Assembly: GCF_009914755.1 (NCBI RefSeq) | Contig: NC_060938.1 | Length of the DNA stretch: 64,000 nt | Origin: the human T2T-CHM13v2.0 reference genome, Homo sapiens | Reading direction: 5' to 3' (one strand) | Shown here: positions 12,386 through 24,606 of the stretch, in pieces | Layout: each line of letters starts with the position of its first letter | How positions within the stretch are numbered: position 1 is the first letter of the stretch | Made by a program: the position numbers and the translations under genes | Notes under the pieces: generated by a model | Databases searched by the model: none | What the model was told of the DNA's origin: nothing | The model's input: only the letters and a program-made list of their open reading frames with translations

Positions 12386-12799
12386 TTGAAATAATTTTTT
12401 TAAACTAAATAATCTCATTCCTTTATTTTATTTTAAATATATGATTCTAATTCCCTGATTCCAACATTGTATCATATATATCAAATTGTTCCTCATATAT
12501 GAAGCTAAAATAATAAGACTGTGAATAAATATTAACTTTCAAATGTATTTCTAAGCTTTTGAAGAGGATTTTTTATGTGAGACAACTATGGGCAACGTTA
12601 ACGTAAGTTTTATGTATATGAATTTGTTTAAAGATTAATTGGGTTGGAAAAGTCTTCTCCCACCTCTAGAATTCCAAAATATGGCTCACTGGGAGACAAG
12701 ACACTTCAAGTAGAATATCATATTTTTAAATTTTGATATATAGTTATAATTCTGGAAATGATATCTTGTTACAGCTTAAAAATTAAAACTCATTAATGC

Positions 12800-13460
12800 C
12801 ACTGAATGAGCAATAACTTGTAAAGAATAAGCTCTCCTACCATAAACAAATATAAACTTGAAAAAGAATATATGAGATTACTGATTTTTTAGAAAATTGC
12901 ACAAAGGGCAGCATAAGACTGAAAACCTGTGGAAAGGGGTACTTTTGAGGTGAGTCCTGTGATCTCTCAGGGCTCTCTCACTGGGCTAATTTCTAGACCA
13001 TGGGGCAGGGAACTAGGTTCCAGAGCACAGTGGTTCTGCTGAGATGAAGAGTCAGATATTGGAGAACTCCAGGGCTGCTGACATGACTGGTAGCTAAGAT
13101 TCAAGGCCATGGAGGGGATGGAGCTGTGCAGAAGGGAAGACAAGAAGTCACTTGAGCCATTTCCCACAAGTGCTTGTCCTACTAATGCACATGCACAGGA
13201 TGAAACTAAATGAGGCTTATCAAACAATGTCTGCTGATGGCTTTAAGAAGGAGGCAGATCGACTAGAATTTCAGCAATGCTTGGAGGTTTTGGAGGTTTG
13301 TCCTTTGTCTAGTTAGAGTGGAGAGATCTAGTTTACATTGACATTCAGATGAAATATCAGAGGCCTCACCTCAGGAGTAAGTGACATGCTCTAAAGAGGA
13401 AGGCTTTCCCTGGACCTGCCTTTACAAAGCCCCAAACCAATCTCTGACCAGATCCACAGA
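12800..13460 (+). mobile_element. Old L1M 5'UTR-like remnant
   Basis: Resembles L1MC/MD/ME 5' regions and the segment at 29130-29800 (tgaggtgag..cct). Confidence 0.35.
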
Positions 13461-13950
13461 GGAGAATTTGCAGCTGTGTGTCACCAAGTTAGAGGGGTTG
13501 TTAGCAGACTTTGTTTATACCATGGGCTTATTAATCAAGAAAAACATTCTTTGAACAGCAAAATACCCTAGGTCTGAATACATTAACACAGTTGGATAAG
13601 TGAGGTGTGGAAAGGAGGTAAGAGGTACAATCTTGGAAAACTGAGCTATCTTCAGAGTGGTAAAGGCATTCTTTGCAATCACTAGGTATTAAACTTTCCT
13701 AATAGAAGACAACAATTTACCATATAAACTTGTATACTATTTATTGTGTAGAATTACGCAAATTAAAGAGAGGTCTATAAAATGAAAGAAAATGATGTAA
13801 ACAACTAAGCACTTTTTAATGTTTTTATCTGCACATTTGAGCCTATACTATTGTCATTCAAATTTGGAAGATTATTAATGAATACTTGTATTTTAAAGCT
13901 TTGTTCATTAATGAATGTGTCTCTAAAATAATTCTCCCACACTTTTTTAG

Positions 13951-14255
13951 TTGTTTATTTATTTATTTGTTTGGAGACAGAATCTTAGTCTGTCACCCAG
14001 CCTGGAATACAGTGGCGCAATCACGGCTCACTGCAGCCTCAACTTCTCAGGCTCAAGTGATCACCCACCATCAGTTTCCTGGGTAGCTGGGGCTGCAAAC
14101 ACATGCCACCATGCCCAGCTAGTTTTTCTATTTTTTGTAGAGACAGAGTTTCACCATTTTGCCCAGGCTGGTCTTGAACTCCTGGGCTCAAGTGATCCAC
14201 GTGCCTCGGCCTCCCAAAATACTAGGTTTATAGGAGTGAGCCACTATACCCAGCT
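13951..14255 (-). mobile_element. AluJ
   Basis: gctcactgcagcctcaac and ctcctgggctcaagtgatcc are AluJ diagnostics; TTTA tail. Confidence 0.9.
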
Positions 14256-14352
14256 GGTTGTTGTATTTCAAATTTTTATCTGGAAACACATTCCCATAAT
14301 AATGTAACCAGAATGGTATACATAAATTCCCATTTCTGAAAACAGATTGATT

Positions 14353-14353
14353 G

Positions 14354-14388
<35 letters not shown>

Positions 14389-14406
14389 GATCTATCTATC
14401 TATCTA
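14353..14406. repeat. (TCTA)n / GATA microsatellite
   Basis: Direct reading; one tcga interruption. Confidence 0.95.
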
Positions 14407-14532
14407 TATTTCTGCTTTTGTTATTTTTGTTAAATTCATTAATGAAAGAGATGTAGAATAAAAGACTTGATAATTTTACAAAGATTCTCTGCCCTACAGA
14501 TGTTTTAGTGGCTTTAATAATTCTCTTAGTTT

Positions 14533-14870
<338 letters not shown>

Positions 14871-14876
14871 AACAAT

Positions 14877-15247
14877 TGTCTTAGTGCAGGTTGTTATAAA
14901 AAATTACCATAACTTGTTGGCTTAAGCAGCAAACATTTATTTCTCATAGTTCTGGAAGCTGAGAAGTCCAAAATCTTGATGCTGGCAGATCTGATGCCTG
15001 GTGAAGGCCTGCCCACTGGTTTCCAGATGGTGATATTCTTCTTATATTCTCCCATGGCAGAAAGCAGAGAGAGAGAGAGGAAACAAGCTCTCTTGTGTCT
15101 CTGATAGGAGGACACAAATTCAGTCATGAGGGCTCTATTCTCTATACATAATTACCCCTCAAAGGCTCTATATCCTAAAAGCATCCATTGAGATTTAGGA
15201 CTTGAACATATGAATTTTGGGGAAACACAAATTTGTATTCCATAACA
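14877..15247 (-). mobile_element. MaLR solo LTR, MLT1A-like
   Basis: tgtcttagt..atttatttctcatagttctggaagctgagaagtccaa..catatgaattttgggg..ccataaca. Confidence 0.75.
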
Positions 15248-15723
15248 ATAATGAGTAGTAAAAATAAAATTGTCTAATGATGACAAAGTGAATGGCCCTG
15301 TGCTAGGTACATTCTTAGAAAACAAACAAACAAACAAAAGAAAAACAGAAGAAAGTAAATAGAGTAAAATAGTAACCACGATTACCTCTTGGTGATGAGA
15401 TTACTAATAATTTTTGCTTTGACTAAAATTTTTAAATGACTTTCCAAATGATAAAAATAAATGTTATTTTAATATAAACCTCATGGCAGGGTGTAATATG
15501 CACACAGTTTCATTCATAAATTCCCTAAAATCATTTCCTAGAATTTGTAAGTCTTCTTTCTTTATTTTCCATATTGTTCTCACTATCCCCATTCTGACAT
15601 TTTTGTTTCATGCCATTTATAAAAGAAATATCTGAGATGTTCTACTGTATTAGGAACTATATTTGGAAATATTTGTAAGATAGATGTCTCTGTCTCCTTC
15701 TGTTTCTGTCTCTGTCTCTTGCA

Positions 15724-15735
15724 CTCTCTCTCTCC

Positions 15736-15799
<64 letters not shown>

Positions 15800-15820
15800 A
15801 CACACACACACACACACACA
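15724..15820. repeat. Compound microsatellite (TC)n(TA)14..(CA)10
   Basis: Direct reading. Confidence 0.95.
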
Positions 15821-16355
15821 TACCTTTGCCTCAATAAAGTATATGATCGCTTCTCTTTACTCCCCCTTTTTTCTTACTTTCCCAGGTAGATTGAAAAAAT
15901 TAAATTCAAGAAATAAAAAGCTAAATAACTATGAAATCATAAAATAATGCAAACAAAAATAAAGCACAGGTATTAAATTCAATATAGGGATAATAATATT
16001 AATGAAATCTACAGCACAAAAGTAAGTGTCAAACATTGAATTCCTACAATAAAACAGAACTCATGTTAGGAGCATAACATACACTACTCCTCTTATTTCT
16101 TACTGACTTCTTCTCAAATGTTGTACTATTGTAGATATACTGCCTGACCAACATTATAAAATAGCATACTACCACCTCTTAGACATCCTCTTTATCCTTC
16201 CTTCTAGTTTCTTATTTTCCAAAGCACTGCCTGACATAATACATATATATACAGTAAATATATTTATGGCTCTGTATACACTTTGTACTACCCATACCCA
16301 CATTGCAGAGAAGAAAAAATTTATACATGAGAAAGCTAAGGCTCAGAAAAGCTAT

Positions 16356-16892
16356 GTGTCCAAATCTGTAATCTCTTTTGACTTTACTTTTGTGTATAAT
16401 GTAATATAAGTGTCTAATTTCATCCTTTTGCATGAGGAGATTTAGTTTTCTCAATGACATTTATTGAAAAGACTATCACTCCCCCATTGCGTATCCTTGG
16501 CACCCAAGCTGAGGATCAGTTGATTGTATATGCATGGGTTTCTTTCTGGACTCTCTATTCTATTCCATTGCCATGCTGCTATACTTACTGTTGCTTTGTA
16601 ATATATTTTGAAATCCAGCAGTGTGGTACCTCCAACTTTGCTGTTCTTTTTTAAGACTGCTGTGGGTGTTCAGATATTTTGTAGTTCCTTGTAATATTTA
16701 GTATTTTTTTCTGTTCCTGTGAAAATGACATTGGGTTTTGATAGGAATTTTATTGAGTCTGAAGACTGCTTTGGGTAACATAGGTGTTTTGACAATATCA
16801 AGTCTTCTAATCTATGAACACTGTGTGTCTCTCCATTTACTTGTCTCTTCTTTAATTTATTTCATCAATGCCCTATAGTTTTCAAAATACAC
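16356..16892 (-). mobile_element. Inverted 5' segment of an old L1 (ORF2)
   Basis: Antisense ORF2 from about the ENY region to the WIKDLN-equivalent region. Confidence 0.75.
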
Positions 16893-16896
16893 ATTT

Positions 16897-18094
16897 GTAA
16901 AACCTAAAACTATAAAGCTCCTAGAGAAAACATAGAGGAAAAGCTTCATGATATTGGCCTCAGCATAGTTTCTTTGATATGTCACCAAAAGCACAAAAAA
17001 CAAAATTAAAAATACACAAGTAGGACAACATCAAACTAAAAAGCTGTGCACAGCAAAAAAAAAAAAAAAAAAAAAATCAACAGAGTGAAAAGGCAACCTA
17101 AGAAATGTGACAAAATATTTGTAAACCGTATAACTGATAAAGTATTAATATGCAAAACACATAACTCTTACAGCTCAATAGCAAAAGAAAATCAAATAAC
17201 TTCATTAAAAGTAGACAAATTATGTTGATGGTTATTTCTCCAAAGAAAACAAATGGTCAACAAGTGTATGAAAAGTTGCTCATCGTCACTAATCACCACG
17301 GAAATGAAAATTAAACCACAAGAGATATTAGCTCACACCAGTTAGAATGGCTATTTTTTTTTAAAGATAAGGGTTGGCAAGCGTTGTGAGGAAATTAGAA
17401 CCGTTGAACACTATTAGTGAGAGTGTAAAATGCTACAGCTGCTATGGAAAAAAGTATGGAAAAGTATGGAGGTTCTTCGAAACTTAAAAATAGAGCTATC
17501 ATTTATCCAGCAATCACACTTCTAGATATATTTTCAAAAGAATTGAAATCATCTCACAACAGGTACTCCCATGTTCATTGCAGCATTATTCACAAAGGAC
17601 AAGATACACAAACAACCTGAATGTCCGCCAATGTGTGAATGAATAAATAATCACATTTTCTTTATCCATTCTTTATTGAAGTTAAATAATATTCCATATA
17701 TATAATATTCCAGGTAAACAGAATAATATTCCACCTTAATAAAGAAGGAAATCCTTCTATATGCAACAACATGGAAACACCTGGAGGACATTATTCTAAG
17801 TGAAATAAGCAGTCACAGAATGACACATACAGCCTGATTCCACTTATATGAGCTACCTAAAGTAGTCAACTCTCACAGAGGCAAAGAGTAGAATGTAGAA
17901 TGGTGATTGCCAGGGGCTAGAGGGAGGAGGACATGGGGCATTGCAACTCAAAGGCTACAAAGTTTAAGTTATCCAAGATGGGTAACTTCTAGAGAACTGT
18001 TGTACGATATTGTTCTAGTTAACAATATTGTATGTGTACCTCAAAATTTAAGAAGGTAGGTCTCATGTTAGGTATTATTACCCAAATAAAAAAA
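16897..18094 (+). mobile_element. L1MB1/L1MB2/L1MA10-like 3' segment
   Basis: gtaaaacctaaaactataaagctcctagag.. through tctcatgttaggtattattacccaaataaaaaaa. Confidence 0.8.
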
Positions 18095-18600
18095 TTGTAC
18101 AAAAACGTTAATTGCATATTGATACAAGGTAGAACCATGAGAGTCGTGAAACACTACACAGAATTATATAGTATTATTCCATAAAAAGAAAGCATTGTCA
18201 GAAATATAAGGAAACATCTGAGTAGTATTAAAATGTTATGCATTACGATAATAATCTGGTAGGTCAAGGAGATAAAAGTAAATCTTTAAGGACTTAAGGA
18301 ACTTGAATTATTTAATGTTTTCATAAATAACTGTGCATGGTTATAATGTTGTACCTTAACAATGAGAAATGCATTTTCTCAAGCATCATGTACCCATGTA
18401 CCACTTACAAATGTTGCTCATAATCTATACCATATTTTAATTTCTAAAATAACACGTTTATAACTTTCTTATATCAATAATAAAATATTGCTAGAAACTA
18501 ATACCGAAACTTTGAGGAAGGAAGAAAATTACTCAGATATTTTAGGAATTGTTGTATGAATAAGGACTGCCTTACATAAACTGGAAAATAGCAAATGTCA

Positions 18601-18800
18601 GGCCAAGATAGCTGACTAGAAACAGCTTGTGTGCTTGGCTCTCACCGAGAAAATGAAGACTGATGAGTGGACACTAGTTCTTCAACTGGAACAGACATGC
18701 TGACACACTATGATTCATCAGGGAAACAGCGTGACCTATGGAGAACAGAGAAGAGCAAGACAGGACAACTGTCCACCTAGAAGTGGCATGGAGCAGGGGA
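18601..18800 (+). mobile_element. Isolated L1 5' end (L1PA15-16/L1PREC2-like)
   Basis: ggccaagatagctgactagaaacagc..ggagaacagagaagagcaagacaggac matches remembered 5' consensus. Confidence 0.65.
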
Positions 18801-19149
18801 TGTCTATTTAAGGTTTTTGGTATTGCTGATGCTGTGATATATTTAATTTTCCCTTAGATTGAAAATGATCCTCTGAAAAATCTAAAGCACATTACATATG
18901 GGTTGAGGATATTTCTGAGTCTATGAAACAGTGGGGCAGAAAAGCACTAAGTATTTGACTTTCTGGCACACAAAACCGAAAGTCAACCACAAGGTACGTA
19001 TTTAACTTCTACAAAAATGGATCTCCAACTTTTGACCTCAAAATTGAGTACAATTGAATGAGATTGTCATTCATTAACTTTAACATTACTGCCTTCCCCC
19101 CACCCCCCAAAAATATCATAGATTTCAGATTGTTTTTTAAAAATCTGGA

Positions 19150-19432
19150 GGCTGGGCACAGTGGCTCATGCCTGTAATCCCAGCACTTTTGGAGGCCGAG
19201 GCAGATAAATCACCTGAAGTCAGCAATTCAAGACCAGCCTGGTCACCATGGTGAAACTCCATCTCTACTAAAAATACAAAAATTAGCCGGCTGTGGTAGT
19301 GGGTGTCTGTAATCCCAGCTACTTGAGAGGCTGAGCAGGAGAATGGCTTGAACCCAGGAGGGGAGGCGGAGGTTGCAGTGAGCTGAGATCACACCATTGC
19401 ACTCCAGCCTGAGCGACAAAGTGAAACTACAT

Positions 19433-19461
<29 letters not shown>
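19150..19461 (+). mobile_element. AluS (Sx/Sq-like)
   Basis: Full dimer with poly(A) tail. Confidence 0.92.
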
Positions 19462-19463
<2 letters not shown>

Positions 19464-21059
19464 GGATTAGGCTTTTTTCTGTCCTCATTTCCAATTTTTG
19501 TTTCTAAAAATAACTCTTTTTTAGGTGGGTTCTTTTATTTAACTGATTTTCTGTTGGCTTCTTGCCTTAGTTTTGCAGCCAAAAAATTCTGGACCAAACT
19601 GCATGATTCCTCAACTAGATATGAGCTTATAACACTGTTTTATTCTCATTATTTATTGGCTCTCATATCTTGGTCTGCACCTGTTTAGACACCTGACATT
19701 TTCCCCTATCCTTATGGAGATAGATAAAAAAAAAGGCTCAAAGATTTATTTATTTATTTATTAATATATTAATGAAAAAATCTCATAGATGTTTGACCAA
19801 CCTTCTTCGCTTTTTCCTCCTTACCTAATATCACCAAGAGGTGAAAGAAAGAAATAAGCTTTATTGTCCTAGGAAATGATTGGACTTATAACTGTGAAGG
19901 AAGAGGAAAGTAGATTTCAAGGACATTAGTTTTATTAATAAGGCCAAACATGCCAAAATACTTTTTTATGGCTTGGTATTTGCACATCCCCTGTGCACTT
20001 AAACAAAATTATATTTTGATCATAAAGAGTGAGAAGGCATATTTAGAGTCACTTTCTATGATTTCTACTGCCTACAAAAAAACCCTGACATTTTTATTTC
20101 AGAAAAATATTTACTTTTATTATTTTTGTAATGCTTTATTTTAACAATATGTGTATGCTTTACATAATTTTAAGTCAAAGTATTAGAAGTTAAAAGATAA
20201 GATTTTATAATGTGTTCTATGCAAGGATGAATTTGATAAAGTTTGAAAATTAATCTTCAATATCTCTTTAACCTTGGGATCCTACTCTATTTAAGTACGT
20301 AAATCTCTGATGAGAAATAGCCTGATATAAGAAAAAACCCTAATATGAATTACTATGGAACAGTTTCCATATTTTCTCCTTTTCTCTGTTGTGATTTACC
20401 TTGATTTTAACCATGAGACCCATTATTTTTCATAACAGCTATTTAAATAATAAGTTAATTCATGGAAACGTGTTAATAATTTTCTTTCACTGATAATATA
20501 ATTACTTTGATTGATGTCCTTCTAGAGATATATTAGCTTATATCCCAGAAATAATATTTAACTGGGAATTTCTGGTTTCTTGTACATTACATTGAATCAT
20601 GTAATATTTTTTCTTCAAAAAATAAGTCACAGAATGCAATATTTTTGTTCTTCAAAAAATAAGTCACATAATGAGCAGTTGTATACCTGCAACTGGTTCT
20701 TCTCAAACCACAAAGCAAATTTCCTCCTACCATCCAATCATCATTAGTTGAATGGAAGTTGTTTTGTTTTTTACTGCTCTTGATTTGTCTCTCTAGATCT
20801 TCTCATAAGTTAAGAACTTTTCATAAATTTTTAATGCCAGAGTAAATAAACACTAATGGCTATTAAACATATGACAAAGTATTAAACTTCTATATGAAAG
20901 AGGTGAAATAAAACAAAACAGTAGTAAATGTATGACATTTAAAATATTTTAAAGAAATACAATATTGTTATTGTCACCGAATAGAAATGAGATTACTGAA
21001 TGCCTACTCAGGATACATTTTCTTCTTTAGTAAATTTTCTTTCCTAATTTGTATGGATG

Positions 21060-21420
21060 ACACTGCAATTAGTTAAGAGACCTATTCCTAATGACCCTTT
21101 ATAACTAGGTTTGGTCATGTGATAGAGTTTTATCAAATAATGTATGAAGGCAATTGTGATATGAGATTTTGAGTAAGGTTGATAAGTGGCAAAGGTCCCT
21201 AGAAAATGCTTCCTGTTTGTCATTCCTTCCTTGTTCCTTCTTGCAAACTGTGATACAAGAACAACCTTTTTGTACTTGAGGATGGGAGTCAGCAAATAAA
21301 AGCAGTAAAGCAGAAAGCTCCTGGGTTTCTGATAATTATGGAGGGCCCACAAAAGCCTTGGACTACCTACTTCTGGACTTCTTTTATATAAAAAATAAAC
21401 ATTATTTGTTACTCATTCTG
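21060..21420 (+). mobile_element. Old ERVL LTR, LTR33-like
   Basis: ggtcatgtga.. and gccttggactacctacttctggacttctttt..aaataaac. Confidence 0.45.
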
Positions 21421-21629
21421 GGGAGACAAGTAAAAACTCTTATTGATGGGAGTTTATTTTTCTAAATTTATGGACAATTAATCAAATGTATTAAAATACT
21501 TAAAATTATGTATCTCTATCAAGATCTTTATGCAAAAAAAAAAAAAAAAAAGAGAAATCCTTAGTGTCTCTTTTCCCCCTCGCATCTAAATGATGAAATA
21601 ATTATTTTGGCTTCTCTGTGTAATACATT

Positions 21630-22100
21630 TAGATACCAATCCTTCCTTATTATACCTTCTGCCACCTACCTAGTCTAAGCCCAAAGTTACCATTGTTTCT
21701 TTCCTGGGTCAATGCAATAAAATCCTAAGACGCGTTTCTTCTTTCAGTCCTACACACTCTTTGTCTACTGAGCAATCAGAGTGTAAGGCTGGAGACAATG
21801 GAGCTGTTATCTCAAATAGCTCCTCATTCCCCTCCCACCAAATATATACCTACTTTTATTTTTACTTGCTTGCCTTTTCTTCACTTTATATTTATTAACT
21901 GTCTTCTCATTAATTACAAGCATGTCATTATAGGGCTTATGTAGGGCTTTTTTACCTGTCTCCACCATTAATTATGAGCATGCTATTATAGGGCTTATGT
22001 AGGGGCTTATTTCTACCTGTTTGTTTGTAGGGTCTCAAATTTCATTACAGCTTGACACAAATACTTAGTACATATTTTTCAAATGGATGAATGAATGACA
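21630..22100 (+). mobile_element. L2 remnant
   Basis: cctagtctaagcc..accatt..cctgg..tgcaata; 3' end aaatggatgaatgaatga. Confidence 0.5.
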
Positions 22101-22334
22101 AAAGCTAAACTAAACCCATATGTTTAATATGAGCCATGTTTAAGTAAATTATAGGAAATAGATTCAATGAACACTTTGCTGCTGTGATAATAATTGTGTA
22201 GAATATTTTTGTTTTATTTAATAAACTGTACATTTTAGAAGAGTTTTTATATCTGGAAGAATTGTAAAGATAGTATGTCTTACATTTATATGGTATGTTT
22301 GTTACCAATGATCAAGTATTAATACATTATTATT

Positions 22335-22740
<406 letters not shown>

Positions 22741-22972
22741 TCATCACTTTTACTTAGGTGTCTCTTGGCTGTGACAGTTTCTCACACTTTTCTTGTTTTT
22801 GATGGCCATCACAGTTTTGAGTTGTACTGGTCAAATATATTGTAGAATGCCCTTCTATTGGGATTGGTCTGATGTTTTTCTCATGATGAGTCTGAGGTTA
22901 TAATTTTGGGGAGGAAGAACACGAGAAAAAAGTGCCCTTTTGATAATCTGGTATCAAAGGTACCTACCATCA

Positions 22973-23517
22973 TATATTAGTCAGCGTTCTCTAAAGGGAC
23001 TGAATAGCATAGATGTAAATATGAAGGGGAGCTTATTAAGGAGTGTTGACTCACAGGATCACAAGGTGAGGTGAGGTCTCACAATAGGCTGTCTGCAAGC
23101 AGAGGAGCAAGGAAGCCAGTTAGAATCCCAAAACCTCAAAAGTAGGGAAGCCAACAGTGCATCCTTCAGACTGTGGCCAAAGACCCGAGAGCCCTTGGCA
23201 AACCACTGGTGTTAAGTCCAAGAGTCCAAAAGCTAAAGAACTTGGAGTTTGATGTTTGAGGGCAGGAACCATCCAGCACAGGAGGAAAGAGAAGACTGGA
23301 AGACTCAGCAAGTCAAATCCCTCCAGGTTCTTCTGCCTGCTTTATTCTAGCTGGCAGCTGATCAGATGGTGGCAATGCAGATTGAGGGTGGGTCTGCCTC
23401 TCCCAGTCCACTGACTCAAGTGCTAATCTTCTTTGGCAACACCCTCAAGACACACCCAGCAACGATACTTTGCAAGCTTCAATCCAATCAAGTTGACACT
23501 CAATATTAACCATCAAA
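22973..23517 (-). mobile_element. MLT2A solo LTR
   Basis: Reverse complement of the element at 3226-3790; the host L1 continues on both sides. Confidence 0.9.
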
Positions 23518-24145
23518 ATCGATATGACTTATTACCACTAATGATCAGTGTAAGTACTTGGCACAGATAGTGTGTGTCAAGATTCTTTATTGCAAAGGGA
23601 ATCTTCTCCCTGCTTTCCATATTGTAGTCTTTGTGAAAAGAAGTTTTTAAGCTTAGTCTACATGCAAGGTTATACTCTTCCTCTTTGAACAGAGAATTTT
23701 CATAAATTATTTAGTATTCGACTTTGGGGATTTGTCTCTTCTTTGCCATTTATTTTTTATGTAAGCATTTAGTTGTATCAGTATGGATTTATGTGTACTT
23801 ATTTTATACTTTGGATTATAATCCAATGCAATTTTATTCATGTTGCTACTAAAATTATTTCAGCTTTGGCCATGGAGAGGCTTTCCAATTGTTTCTTATG
23901 TCCTTTGGCATACTACCAGTTTGTGTTTTTTTTTTAAATTGTGCTACTTTATTTTCTGACACGAAAAGGTTCTCAGGCTCATGCTGTATATTTTCTACCT
24001 TCATCCCAGACTCAGTCATTTCTCCAAATTGCATTTTTTATTGTAGAATTAAGAAAGAAACAATCAACTATATCTCATTTTTGGTTGCAGTTGATATGCA
24101 GATACAGATACACATTGAAGTGTTAGTAGTAGTGGTAGAATTGTT

Positions 24146-24606
24146 TGTTGGGATCCATCCCGCAGACCTCAGCTGAACAATGGATGAATAACGTACTCAG
24201 ACAGCAATATTTCAGTGAAGGAGCTGGCCAGGGGTCCGGCCACTGACAGAAAGACTTGTAGCACCAGCGTGCCCCGACTAGCTGGCCCTGCCTCCATTTA
24301 TTTGGCACAGATTAATGACAAAGGCTTTGAGTCAACACACCTGTGGGTAATTAACCTGGTTGCTGACCACCCGGAGCAAAGAGCATGCACCCTAAAGGTT
24401 AGTCTTAAGACCACATGAGTAAACAAGCTATTTAGATAAACTCCCCCACATTCCTTTGTATCTAATCTATTTAACTAAAGGTAAAGGTATAAGGCTTCCT
24501 TCAGCCAAGTGTTGTACTAAAGTTATGCAAACTCTTCAGCTTTCCGAGGTTTGTGGCTATTTCCTAGAACCAAAATTTTTCCCACCAGCCTGTCTGAACC
24601 CCAACA
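24146..24606 (-). mobile_element. LTR22 (HERV-K22/HML-5) solo LTR
   Basis: TG..CA termini; reverse strand begins tgttggggttcagacaggctggtgggaaaaatttt; perfect TSD ATTGTT at 24140-24145 and 24607-24612. Confidence 0.82.

Noticed and set aside
22973-23517. MLT2A as the displaced or inverted 3' LTR of the HERV-L provirus
   Set aside because: The host L1 is continuous on both sides, there is no adjacent internal sequence or ataga TSD, and it differs from the 5' LTR by indels; an independent solo LTR.
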